From assembly GCA_964276515.1 (NCBI GenBank), contig OZ193909.1:7936001-8000000 (forward strand): a stretch of 64,000 bases of DNA. The letters run 5' to 3'. A program made the position numbers and the translations under genes. The notes beneath the pieces were generated by a model. The model was not told where the DNA came from. It did not search any database and saw only the letters and a list, made by a program, of their open reading frames with translations. Below, piece after piece: positions 11,918-24,576 of this stretch; within the stretch, counting starts at the first letter, position 1; the number at the start of each line of letters is the position of its first letter. Source of the stretch: Gordius albopunctatus. Its lineage: Eukaryota.

Positions 11918-14900
11918 TAGAGATCTGCACGGGCCGGCCCCAGGGCGGGTACGGACGGGCTTTGTATCATAAAAATTTAACGGGCCAGGCCCGGACGGGC
12001 CTAAAAATTAATGGAACGGGCTCGGGCGGGCCTGAGATTTTTTTAACGGGCTAGAACGGGCCTGAAGTTTTATAAGTGGGCTTAAACGAACCAGAGATTA
12101 TATAAAAGGTCTTGGAGTTACAAAGGTGCTTAAACATAAAACAATTAGAAAAAACAAAAAGTCAATATATAGATGAAACTATTGAGTTTGAGACAGATTT
12201 CGATCTGTTAAAATGGTGGAAAGCCAAAGAGGACAGGTATTATATTTAAAATTAATTTTATCCTTTAATAGATATCCTAAATTAGCACATTTAGCACATA
12301 TGATATTATGTATACCGGCTACGAGTGCCACCAGCGAGCGAAATTAAGAAAGGCGAACTCGCCTAAAACCAGAAATTGTTGATGATTTATTATTTTTACA
12401 TGATAATTATTGATGTCTTTCTATGAATGTAGAGAGGTAAAGTGCCTCCAGGGATACGATAGTTACCTGCGTGTTGATGTTATTTACACGCGCGTTGGCG
12501 ATCAAATTAGCGTTAATTGGTTGTAACATATAAAGGCGTTGGATATATGCGCCAAGACACTTATTTTTTGTCGCCGTGTTTTTGTATCACACTCCTAATA
12601 GTTTACGTGAATAAATATCACCCCTTAACAGTGGCGTCGGGACGAACCCGTGAGAACCTACGGGGAATGATCCTGAAGAGGAGCTTCTGTTGAAACATTT
12701 GATTTCGATAATCATTAAAAACGACAAGGAATTATTCGGAGGCGGAGATTCTATTGAAACTTTTCTAATTCAATAATCGCTAAAAACGACATGGAGTTAT
12801 TCAGGTTAGGAGATTCCATTGAAACGTTTCTAATGCAATTCGAGGTCAACGCCAAGGCACAATCAGGGACGTCGTACGATACCCAGAAAACGTGCAGGTT
12901 GCTAAGTCCGTTATCGGCGGAGGCGTTTAAGGTTATCGCGGACGACGCGTACCCGGATAACCCGATCGAATGGTCGTTCGAAGAAGCGACCAGGAGAGCG
13001 AAGAAGGTGTTCAAGGGGCAGACCGGCCCTCTGGCGCAAAGGTTCCGGTTCGGAAATATTAGACAGATGCCCGGGGAAGAACTCATACGATATATCCAAA
13101 GGCTAAAAGAGGCGTCAAAGGACTGCGGTTTTCAGCCCGGAGAATTATCGGCCAGAATTCTCGATCAGCTGATTTTAGGGCTCTACGGCCCAACGGTGCA
13201 GGCTGCGTTGATGGCTGAAAAGGACCTCAAGTGTTACAAGGCCGTGGAGATCGCCCTAGGTCGGGAGGCAATCGGTGAGGGTCTGAGGACAATGCACAAG
13301 CCAGTTGACGAGGCATTTGCGGTCGACGCGACGAGGACGGGCCCGAGTATGATCAGGTTCGGCCATGCGTTAGATATTATGACCATTGATGTATTTGTCA
13401 ATAACACCGTAATAACTTTGCTTATGGACACGGGATCCACCGTTACAATCGTACCGGCCAACGGGTGGAAGAAACGCTTACCCGTGCAAGCAAACTAGAC
13501 ACCTGCCGTGTATGCGTTTGGCGGCGAGGAGATAAAGATTATCGAGGACGTAACAGCCGAGGTCCGGCTGGTTCCCAACCGAAAGCGCCTGTCGATGCTG
13601 GTGGCGGATGTGAAGGGACCGCCGTTACTCAGGACGAACTGGATCAAAGAGTTCGGAAAGGACGTATGGGAACTAGCCCAATGGAGTTCGCGAGCCGTCA
13701 TGGAGCAGCAATACGTTGTGAATTTCGTCGAGGAGAAGGTCCCGAAAGAGCCGAAACCTAGCGATCCCGTGAGTATCGGGATGCAAGATAGTCAAATGCA
13801 TTCCTTCGGTGGGGGCCCAATGGGTAGGCCACCCGGTAGCTGGATTTTTCCACACGTCTTAATGCCGGGCCCAGTTTTCTCCCCCGACCAACAGCAACCC
13901 GGTTCGATGGGTCAGTTACCACAACAACCAAACAGCGTAGCACCGCCGCAAGGGGTTTCTAGAGATCCTGGCTCCTCGTCTCAGCAACAATCTGTAATCC
14001 CACTCAACCCCAATAAGCCTCGCTCTAGGAACGCGAAATCGGAGCAAGATCAAGGTCGATCCATGGCTGCCATCAAGGGTAAGGATGACGCAGTCATTGT
14101 TGTGACGAGACGACCAAGCAAGCATGCGTTCCAAGTTACCGAAGAGGTACTAGAGGATACCGCGAACGCGTCCATCGCACGGAACGTTATACTACGGCAG
14201 CGCTGGGAGTGGATTAGGGGTACGCGCGGTACAACAGTAGTAGTCGATCCAAGGCTACGCTACAAAAAGTACCTACCTAAGCTGCACGAGTCAAGGGAAG
14301 TATCAAGAGAACCTAGCGCCACCCAGTAGAGAGATGCAAGAAGGGCGCAAGGGTTCGACGTCGGAGACCCAGTATGGGTGTTTATGTTCCTGGAGCCCGA
14401 TAAATGGGTGGAGGGCACCATTATTTCCAAGCGCGGGACGCGCTCGTTCGACGTTAAGGCCCTAGGGAGAAGCCACCATCGACATTTAGAGCAAGTTAGA
14501 CGAAGGAAAATATTGAACTGGAGAATGGGCGGACACGAAAATGGTTACCCGCACCTGGATACACTCGCGAACGGGTCAGGTGATGCGAGCCCTTACCAAC
14601 GGCGTTTAGTCAGGGTCCCCTGCCAACGGTTCCGAATGACAATGCCGCTACAGGAGCGGGGTAACACAGTGTCGCTCCCATGGATCCGGAGCTTAACAAT
14701 GCCCCGCCTGATGTTAGATACCCACGCCGGGTACGACAGGCCCTAAGCTACCTAAGGCCTTATCTTTGTGAAAAGGGGGGAACTGTAGAGAGGTAAAGTG
14801 CCTCCAGGGATACGATAGTTACCTGCGTGTTGATGTTATTTACACGCGCGTTGGTGATCAAATTAGCGTTAATTGGTTGTAACATATAAAGGCGTTGGAT

Positions 14901-15255
14901 ATATACGCCAAGATACTTGTTTTTTGTCGTCGTATTTTTGTATCACACTCCTAATAGTTTACGTGAATAAATATCAGCCCTTAACAATGAATATGTCAAA
15001 AAATTAAATAAAATTTTGTGAAATTTTAGATGAATTAGGACGGACGCGGAGTTCGTTTAAAAAAATTTTTAACGGGCTTGGACGGGCCTGAAAAATTTAC
15101 GGACGGGCTCGGATGGGCCTAAAAAATTTACGGAAGGGCTCGGACGGGCCTGAAGTGTTGAAAAAAATTTACGGGCGGGCCCGGACGGGCCTTGAAATTT
15201 AAAAAACGGGTACGGGCGGGCCGACCTTCTAAAAACGGCCTGTTGCAGATCTCTA
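11918..15255 (+). mobile_element. Internally deleted hAT transposon carrying a C-terminal dimerisation-domain remnant; hosts an LTR element
   Basis: TIRs TAGAGATCTGCA / TGCAGATCTCTA, 8-bp TSD ATTTCAAT, ACGGGC subterminal repeats; remnant FDLLKWWK..|YPKLAHLAHMILCIPATSATSERN at about 12196-12345. Confidence 0.93.
12428..14986 (+). mobile_element. Non-autonomous Gypsy-like LTR element (gag + aspartic protease + integrase C-terminal remnant; no RT, RNase H or integrase core)
   Basis: 203-bp TG...CA LTRs at 12428-12630 and 14784-14986; 5-bp TSD ATGAA; PBS-like TGGCGTCGGG right after the 5' LTR; PPT AAAAGGGGGG; gag (RFRFGNIRQMPGE..YIQRLKE...CGF), protease LLMDTGSTVTIV. Confidence 0.93.
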
Positions 15256-16036
15256 ATTTCAATTATATTGTTTTACATTTAACATGCTGAATGTGAATTA
15301 CAAAATAAAGATAGACACAAATAAATTTACTATAGTATGATGATCAATTAATAAATTTAAAAGCCGAGATCTGGCCGTAAAATCTCGTATCGCCACGTCT
15401 TGAGGTCAAAATTCTCTTCTCGATTTCGACCCAAATTTTCAAAGTCTCGTCTTGTATTGGTTTTTTGAGACAAGACGAGATCGAGATTTTCTCGGATTTT
15501 CTACAAATAGAGTCCCACCCAATAAATAAATTATGTATATTACGACCTTCTAGGCTTTACCTGATGGTTTAGAGCGTTTTATATTTTTTGGTTATTATTG
15601 AGGTTTCTTTATGCCTGTCTTGTATAACTATCTAATTTTTTTAATTTGGATAGGATAAGAAATTTTTATTTATATCCCCATTTAACACCCTTTTCGAATA
15701 GCCCTTTAACCAGATGTAATGTTTAACATTTGATGATTTAAGCTATTCGTTAACTTAGGATAAATTTTTGTAGCAACTTAGCTTTCAAATTAATAATTTA
15801 TATAGTTAATATGCATTTTTATGATGTCTTGTTGTATATATATATATATTATTTTTGACTTAATGCTTTTTACTAATCGAATCGTGGGAATGATTACAAT
15901 CAGTTGTTTGCCTAACTCTATAGAGAATATAGAAAGCTTGAAGTTATATATATATATTTAAATATTTTGGTTCATATGCTATAAATGTTACAAAACGCTT
16001 TTTTTTAACATATGGTAATTTAAATAAATTTGACGC

Positions 16037-17260
16037 ATGGACCCTGGGTCGGCAATTAATCAACCAAATCAAACCATAAAAGGTTGCTTTAAAAAAGAAT
16101 GTATTAGTATTTTTAGAATATAAATGGCTCGCAGATTTTTGGTTTGTACAAGCGGCTGATACTCAATATGGGATGATTGATGCCGCAGTAGCTTACCATT
16201 TTGACATATTTATAATTTTATAGTTTAACGGGGGCGATTATGGATGGGAGAAGGAAATAATATTAACGCAAAAAGCAATTCAAATTGCAAATAATTTAAA
16301 TCCATTGCCAAAGTTTTTTGTTGTATGTGGTGACATGGTACACGCCTATCCAGGTAATATATGATAGAGGGATTGCACAACTATTTTTAGGGGAAAAGAA
16401 TAAGGATTTGCAAATAATTGATTTTAAAAAAACCTTCAAGCAACTAAATCCCAGCATACCATTAATTTGTGTTTGTGGAAATCATGATATTGGTAATATA
16501 CCTACAGAAGCAGCAATACTGGATTATAGGAAAAGTTTTGGTGATGACTTTTTTTCATTTTGGATTAGTGGTGTAAAATTTATTGTTTTAAATTCCCAAT
16601 ACTATTTTGATAGCACTTATGTAAGTTAAATATCTACACTACAAAATAAAAAGGGATATATTCTATTTATTTCACTTCAAAACAATCTCATTATTTATTT
16701 TTTACTATTAATGCATTTAGGTTCCAAAATTTCAAAAATCTCAAGAAATGTGGCTAATAGAAGAACTTAAAGATGCCAAAGCTAATAATGCCACACACAT
16801 TATAATATTTCAACATATACCTTGGTTTTTAAACGACCCTTCTGAAAACAATGTTTATTATGAATATGGTGGAAAACAGGGATTATTTAATATAGATAAA
16901 ACAATTAGATTTCAAATGATGAAACTCTTCAAGGAATACAGTAAATACATAGTTGTAACCTTGAATAAATCTTTTGTGTATTTTATAAGCCAAACTTATG
17001 TTTTGTTATTAATTAATTTAATTTATATTTTTTGTAACTTAGATGTGACCAAAATATTTTGTGGGCATTACCATAGGAATGCTGGTGGCTGGGATGAGAA
17101 CATTGAAGTCATTACATCCTCGGCTGTAGGCTGCCAATTGGGGACTGATAAGTCTGGGATGCGAATTGTTAAAGTTTACCAAAATGAAGTTATGCATAAA
17201 TATTATGAATTTGAATCATTCTCTAATCAACCTTACCATGATCTCTTCCCTAAATTATAA
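16037..17260 (+). CDS. CPPED1: Calcineurin-like metallophosphoesterase CPPED1 homolog
   Basis: Exons 16037-16082, 16117-16187, 16224-16353, 16391-16620, 16721-16940, 17043-17260 join in frame; motifs [65 protein letters not shown]. Confidence 0.93.
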
Positions 17261-18295
17261 AAAGAGTTTTTGGTGTATCAAAATAGCAATCTTGTTTTCT
17301 TTAAAATTTAGACAATTATTTGAAGTTTTTTACTACCCCTCTAATATAGGATGTACTATTTATCAATAAAATATCAATTGCGAAAGTTGCAAAATGTATT
17401 AATTTTATTATATAATTGTAATAACATACTTGTATTTATTTATAAGCTTTTATGAATTTTGCTGTTGGTCAAAAGTCCTAGTTATTTACAAATTAAAAGC
17501 ATTGCTTTTATGTGGCTCAGTAGGTCTAAAATAGCATAATTTTTCTATCCTTATTACTCTCGTCAATTGACAGAATAAAAACAAAACAATATCTAAGTAA
17601 ACTTAAATAATGCCTTGAAATGCTTTGCTATAGATTAAAGTTATAGGTAAAACGAGCTAAGGAAGGTTAAAGAATTTTTTATTATTTAACACATGAGCTT
17701 ATGTGACCCAGCATTTTCGTTCGCTTCATAATATGTAAACTGTTTAAATTTAAACATATTTTCATTATGCTTTTATCAAAAAAAAGCTTGTAAAATTTGA
17801 TTTTTAATTATTAGGTATATAAAATAGCTATAAAGGAAAGATTTTTGCACATTTTTATCTGTTTAAACTATATTTAACCTCATCAAAAATATAAAACCTA
17901 TAAATTTTTGTTTTAATATATAGGGGAGACCAGGACTAGTTGTAGCCCGGGGGCCCACTATTAGGATTGTAATTATTTTATAAAATAAAAATGGTATATA
18001 TTTAAAATTTAAACCATATGTCTATTTTTTCATAAGGTATGAGTAAAAAATTTTTTGTTTAGAAAAAATATAATTTAAAAGTAAGATAGAAGGAAAACAA
18101 TTTTTGGGGCTATTAGTAGCCTTGACAAAATTTTGTATTTTGCACATAAAAATTTTATGGCATTATTATTTCGACTAATTTAAGCTTATCTTATAAAGTG
18201 ATATTTTTTAAATAAAAACCGTCCAGGTTAAATTTTTATTCGCAATATATTTATGTTCTGTTTACGATAAAGAAATCTATCTGAGTAGTACGGCT

Positions 18296-19746
18296 TAGAG
18301 ACCTGCCTCTTTAGGTCAGTCGGCCCGCCCGTAATAAAAATTTATAAGCCCGGACCAGGCCCGCTAATTTTATACAAAGCCGGGCCCGGTCCGTAGAATT
18401 TTTATATTTTTTGTCAATATGTATGTGTTAAAAAAATTGTAAAATTAATGAATTTATAATTCCCGATCTCACGAAATCTTCTATCTTTAAAGAGGCGACC
18501 TCAGAACTTGCACAAGTGACCCGACCCTCGCGTTCGGGTTGAAAATTTTGAAATGTTTTTGCGTTGTCATGTTCGGGTTAAAGAATTTCGTTCGGGCTTA
18601 AAAAAAGTGACTTTTTAGTTCTCTAGGCCATAAAACAGATAAAAAAATGTACAAATGGCACTCCGGGATACATAAACTAGCCAAATATAGTTTAAAACCC
18701 TGTATAAGGTTTTTAATATATTTGGCTAAAACAGTGATATTTTACAAAAGTCATTTCAAGAAATAAATTTTAATATTAATTGCTATGCAATTTATGGACT
18801 CACTTTCCATTTTCCGATGTCACGCCGAACGCGTCAGCATCGAGAGTCCAAATTTTTTTAAATTAATATATTGTTTTTTTTGTTTGTACCATTAATAATA
18901 TGGCTTATTGGCCATCCACTGGCTGCTGACCAATGGAAAAAAATGACCATTGGCCTAAGTGTGAATCGAAATTTTTTTTCGTTTTTTTGACTCGTATGTA
19001 TTTATAGACCGTCTCTTTGTACTGATCAATGAAAAAAATGACCATTGGCCAAAGTGTGGTAAATTCAGGATATCATCTACTAGAGATATATAATATAGGA
19101 TACAATATAGATAACCATAAATAATATTTATTTTGATAGTCAATGATTAATTAGATTTGTTTATATATATTACTGTAAATCTACAAGCTAAAAGCGCATG
19201 AACTTTAGCTTTTGCCAGTCATATTTTTTATGCAATTATGACGATTCCAACATAAATTGCATAGCAAATATGCTTTGTTTATACGAAATATAAAAGAGTA
19301 ATCGATGTGTATGAGAATTTGAAGCAAAGATATGTGAAGCAGTGACTGTTCTGAGCCAACGGGAATCTGGGGGCGAAGCCCCCAGTTACGCTTACATAAT
19401 ATTAAATTAATTCATTCAATATTGCTAGAGAGTATAAATTAGGAGACAAAGATGGGTAGCTTACCCCCTCCAAATCCAAAATTTTTTGATCTAAAAAACA
19501 TTTTTTGGCCTACCTAAACTGCCCCCCAATTTAAATTGTTGGCTATGCCACAATGCGGGTTGAGAAATTGATGAATTAATGAACTAAGATAGCTTCCTTT
19601 CTTATATTAATATACCTTTGTTTGTCACGGGTTTATAGGGGCCTTAAGTTTATCTAGGCCCCGCCCGAGCCCGTTCCGTCCCATCCGGGCCCGGCCCATT
19701 GTTTTATTTTTAATCAGAAGTGCGGGCCGAGCCGTGCAGGTCTCTA
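18296..19746. mobile_element. Non-autonomous hAT element (family shared with 42790-43890)
   Basis: TIRs TAGAGACCTGC / GCAGGTCTCTA and perfect 8-bp TSD GTACGGCT. Confidence 0.92.
18775..19387 (+). mobile_element. DINE-1/Helentron-associated (HINE)-like element
   Basis: Subterminal inverted repeat TTGCTATGCAATTTA (18780-18794) / TAAATTGCATAGCAA (19253-19267), followed by a terminal hairpin CTGGGGGCGAAGCCCCCAG (19367-19385) and TT. Confidence 0.65.
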
Positions 19747-19896
19747 GTACGGCTGCCGCTTTTGTAAGTCACAACTAAATCAAAAGCTTGAGAAATTTCT
19801 AGAATTTTTCTACCTCATTCATTTCTTAAGCCGTTCTTTTTAACCCGCCTCTTGACCTACCCATGTGTCCATTAAGGTCTGATTCATAACTATGAA

Positions 19897-22800
19897 CCTT
19901 TCGGGAAGTAAATACCAGGAGGATAAAGTAATAATTACTTTATTGTATATCCAATTAAAGTAAATCGTTTCCAAGAAAAGTAAGTGAGAAAGAAGTGTTT
20001 TAAACTCCTTTATATACTCGTAAATTAATTGAATAAATCAATTAAATTTAGTGGTGCCTCCGCAATGTATATACAAATCAATTACATTTAGTGGTGAATC
20101 CTCGAGGTATGCTTGATTGGTCAATTAACGTCGCGAAGTAGTAAGGTAATGTAAATGGGTCAATTAAGTTCCAAAGTAGACATAAGTAATATGCCGCGAG
20201 CCATCAATTAAGGTAATGTACGCAACAAATATTCCGCTGGGTAAAAACGGAGTTCATATAAAATTAACAAATTTTTTGGGCCAATGAACTTGTCGACCAG
20301 ACTTGGTAATGGTTGGGTTGGGAAGTAGTACGCTAGATTTTGTGGAAGGTTTTGTAGAAGAAACAATGGTAGGTTGGTTTAAATTTTGTTTCGGTGAGTG
20401 ATTGTTTGGTTTGGGTGAATTTGGATCAACTGATGAATTCGGGTTATCATTAGGCTCGAGGGAAGCTGGTTTTAATCGATCAATCGCATTGTGGTCTATG
20501 ATTAGTGATGCGGAAAAACCGATAAAAATCTCGATGTCGAGACGAGACGATACGTGATTTTTTCGGCGAGATCTCGACTTTTTATTGATCGTTAGATTTT
20601 ATTAAATTACTAGCTGTGGCCGGCCAAGCGTTGCTTTGGCTTAGGTTTTATTTAGCTAAATGAAATTAGTGCGTATCAATAGGAAATATATGAAAGAATT
20701 TTGGTTATCTGTATGAGAGTTTATGATGTAAAAAATATTTTTTATAATGTGCAAATTAGAGGTGTGCACGGATCAAATTTTTTTGATCCGATCCGATCCG
20801 AGGGGTTTTTAAAAAATTTCGTATCCATCCGATCCGAGTTTTTTAAAATCTAAATCCGATCCGATCCGAAATTTTTTAATTAAAATTTTACGAACAGAAC
20901 TTTTTATTGATGATTAAATTCAAAATACATAAAAATAAGGTATAGCAATTTTAATATACTTGAAATATAAAATTTTATTTGACTAATTCCATGTTATCAT
21001 ATAAAAATAATAAAGAATCTAAATTTTCTGGTTTAATTCGCGTTCTTCTTTCTTCTAATGTTCTTCCAGCCACCGAGAAATTTCTTTCCGAAGTGGTAGA
21101 GGTAGCAGGTATAGCTAAAAATTTATTTGCCAGCTTATAAAGCCTTGGCAGGAAATTTGTCAAGTGTATTTTTAGCTGAAGTTTTTGGAATACATTTATG
21201 ATGCAAAAGATGGGAACTACCTCGAATGGAATTATATGTGTAGATATGATGGCATTTCTTGCATATAACATAACCGGTGTATGTATCATTTTCATTTAGA
21301 AGGTCAAAGTAACTCCGAATTTGACTTTTTCCATCTTCTTTTTTAACTTGTTTGAGAAGATTTTTTTAAAAATTTTTTATTATTTCTTCCATGACGGTTT
21401 TTAATCTGATAAACATTATTTGGTGTATTTGCTAGCTGTTACGAATCCAAATGATTATTTCCAACACCCCCCCCCCCCTTATTATTTTTTCCCCTTAAGT
21501 CAGCGTGACTCACACCAGACAATACCCCTGCTGCACCATGGAGATTTCTTCTAAGAAGGCAAGCTACATCATTCATGATTACCCGAAATCAAGAGGGAAA
21601 GGAGCTACGCGTGTGCTTTAAGGAAAGGGGAGAGTGATTGATGATTTTCGGAGTTGAGTTGAAATGAAATAGAGATGCGTACTGCGATGTCTTCCAAGGC
21701 TACGGGTATTTTATGGTAAGCCCTGACTAGATCTATTTTTGCATAGATGGTTGTGTCAGCTAGGTTGAGTGAGAAATCGTGCAGGTGTGGCAAGGGGTAA
21801 CGATCCGGTATCGTTATAACGTTAAGGGCTCGGTGATCTCCACACTGTCGCCAATCTCCGGGAGTGCAATGGAGAACTCCAGGAGCTTTCTGAGGGTCGA
21901 ATTATGCCGAGTTCGAGCATGTGAGCAAACTCCTGTTTGGCAATTTTTTTGCTAGAGGGTAAAAAGATGAGGGGGAAATATCAACGAGAAGGTTAGAATG
22001 ATTTAAAAAATCAACCCCAATGATAGGTGTCTTAACGTCTGCGATTGTAAAAAACCCATTGAAAACTTCTCCGTAAGCTAAGGTCTAGTTCCATTGATTT
22101 CTGGCCATAGGTCAGTATGGAACTGATATTTGCAGCTTGGAGGAGGATGTGTGAGGGGGTGAGACGGTGGTTATGTGGGGGTTTTGTGACACTGAGTTCC
22201 GCGCCCGTATCTATTAAAAAACGGTTGATTTATCGCAAATAAAAAATAAGCGACTGATGTTATGGCCTGAACCAGGTGTCGCGGATTCTGGCAGGCCTAT
22301 GTGTTTGACAAGGGAAGCGGGGTATAATTGCAAGGTTGTCGGAATTTAGTGGCCTTTTCCTTATAAATTTGGTTATATCAACACCAATCTTGTAGAACGT
22401 CAGCGCGTGGTTGAAAAGGGGATCGAAATCTCCTTGATGTAGACCTACTTCTCGACTGAAAACGATTTTTTTACTGACCTCTTGCCGCAATGTCTCGATG
22501 CTCACGCTCAGTTTATTGACCATTTCTCTAATCATCTCGATATCATTGTTTGTTCTGTGTGGCAGGGGCGACGTTGGATATTTGAGGCATATGATATGTT
22601 TCCGCGATTACAAGGTTGCGTATAAAAAGGGTTGGGTAAGGGTAGGGTAGAAGGGGCATATCACAAGGGTGGGTTACCAATATCGACAAGTTAAATACCA
22701 GAAGAATAAAGTAATAATTACTTTATTGTATATCCAATTAAAGTGAATCGTTCGCGAGAAAAGTAAGTGAGTAAGAAGTGTCTTAAACGCCTCTATATAA

Positions 22801-22963
22801 TCGCGAATTAATTGAATAAACAAATTACATTTAGTGGTGAATCCGCGAGGTATATTTGATTGGTAAATTAACGTCGCGAAGTAGTAAGGTAATGTAAACG
22901 AGTCAATTAAGTTCCAAAGTAGACATAAGTAATATGCCGCGAGCCATCAATTAAGGTAATGTA
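19897..22963 (-). mobile_element. Second, internally deleted copy of the 4476-11215 Gypsy family
   Basis: LTRs at about 19897-20227 and 22680-22963; reverse-complement gag, protease, RT and integrase-tail fragments; flanked by TATGAA on both sides (19891-19896, 22964-22969). Confidence 0.9.
20757..21300 (-). mobile_element. hAT transposon 3' fragment with dimerisation domain
   Basis: ORF 20975-21295 contains LPRLYKLANKFLAIPATSTTSERNFSVAG..LEERRTR..PENLDSLLFL; terminus TAGAGGTGTGCAC with GATCC repeats. Confidence 0.85.
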
Positions 22964-24275
22964 TATGAATATTGATAAAAAGTATTCACCCATACCATTT
23001 ACGTTTCTATAACATTATAATAAATATGCGATAAATTTTTATAAACAAATACAACTATTTTCTTAAATTAATTACCTAAAAACATTATTTGGTTTTTATC
23101 AATTCTAACTAAGGGTCTCTGCTAGTTCAAATATGCAATTGACACGTTAATACAGGTTATTGAATAAAAAAATGGTGCGCATTTTGATTTTGTAAGATAG
23201 TATAATATATTTTTATAAGAGTCGAGACATGTCGAGACCGAGGTTTTTCCAGACCGAGACGAGAAGATTCTCATATTGTCACCGAGGACGAGACGCTTTA
23301 GAGACTGAGACGAGATCGAAATACTATCTATTTGTCATTTTTTAATACTACGCTTGTATCCATATATATTCCCATTCTGTCACCACTTCAGGAATCGGAT
23401 GAGCGTGGATAATTTAAATTTTACCAGAACGTGGATAATTTTTTTAATAATTCATTTTGTGAATTTAAGGCCACTAGTATAAATACGATGAATAATAAGA
23501 TAAATTGTAGGATATGGATATGTATTAAAACGCTTTGGAGAATATATTTATTAATGTATAATAAGGTAATATAAACGTTTAATCAATATCAATTTTTTTT
23601 ATATCGGATGATATAAGATTACTAGTTTTTTACAAAACTCATCTATACTTCGTATAAATGTAGCACATTTACTATGCAGCGAGACAGGGGGAAAGGGTTA
23701 AGAATTTTTATGAGGGGGAGGGGGCAATGTTCAAGTAGAGAGACAGAGAAATATATTCTTTGTTTGCCTAAAAGTTAGCCGCCTAGACCGACAAAAACTC
23801 ACCCAAGAAAGATACCGAAAAACAAGTACAAATGAGAAGTAAAAAGCTGTTGCAATATATATCATTTGATAAATAAAAAAACCTAATCAATTTGCATGTA
23901 AATTATTATTAATTTAATAAATTGTGTATATAGCTTATGATCACCAAAAGATCTATGAAAACCACAATATAATTTTAAAATTATAGGGTAGCAGTCTAAC
24001 CATTGTTTTGTTAATATATAATAAAAGCTTAGAGAACTGCAATTAATACAAAATTTAGACAATTAAAAAAGTTTACCATAAGCAGCATTAAAAGCAAATA
24101 CGAAATATGAAATAAAATACAATGGACAAAACTTATTTTATATTTTTATTTGGGTGAATTGAATAGGGGATAATGTAGAGAAAAATTAATAATAAGAATA
24201 AATTAAAATAGCGTTAATGGAAGGGCGTTAGACAAATGAATGTTTGTATGTTTGGGCACGTCTTTGTGTCTTATC

Positions 24276-24576
24276 CATAGACTAAGACTGCCGAACAGCT
24301 GATTTTTAACATTAAAAACATTCAGAAGCTAAAATAACTGCCATATTGTAGGAAAAATTTAACAACAGGTATATTTATACGTCTCCCCGATAAAATATTG
24401 AAGAAAATAAATAAGACTAATAGCTTGATTTATAAATTAAAAAAAATTAAGTAAGTTAGAACAATAAATTATGCTGAATTCTATAGTTTGGTTGCAATTT
24501 CTCACAAAATAGCGCTTGCTATATTTGCTAAAAAATTATCAGCTGTTCGGCAGTCTATGGTTTATTTTAGTCTGTG
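24276..24576. mobile_element. P-element-superfamily-like MITE
   Basis: CATAGAC...GTCTGTG termini, internal inverted repeat AGACTGCCGAACAGCTGAT, perfect 8-bp TSD GTCTTATC. Confidence 0.8.

Noticed and set aside
11930..12110. Regularly spaced ACGGGC/CGAGAC/GATCC/GCTCC repeats resembling CRISPR arrays (also 15040-15240, 20770-20870, 45620-46110)
   Set aside because: The motifs are short, irregularly spaced and next to TIRs; they are hAT subterminal repeats. No cas genes, and the context is eukaryotic.
20503..23326. Single hAT element spanning 20503-23326
   Set aside because: The left and right ends belong to the same family, but the flanks match only 5 of 8 (TCTATGAT vs TCTATTTG) and the span would cross the LTR-element boundary; more likely two partial copies.
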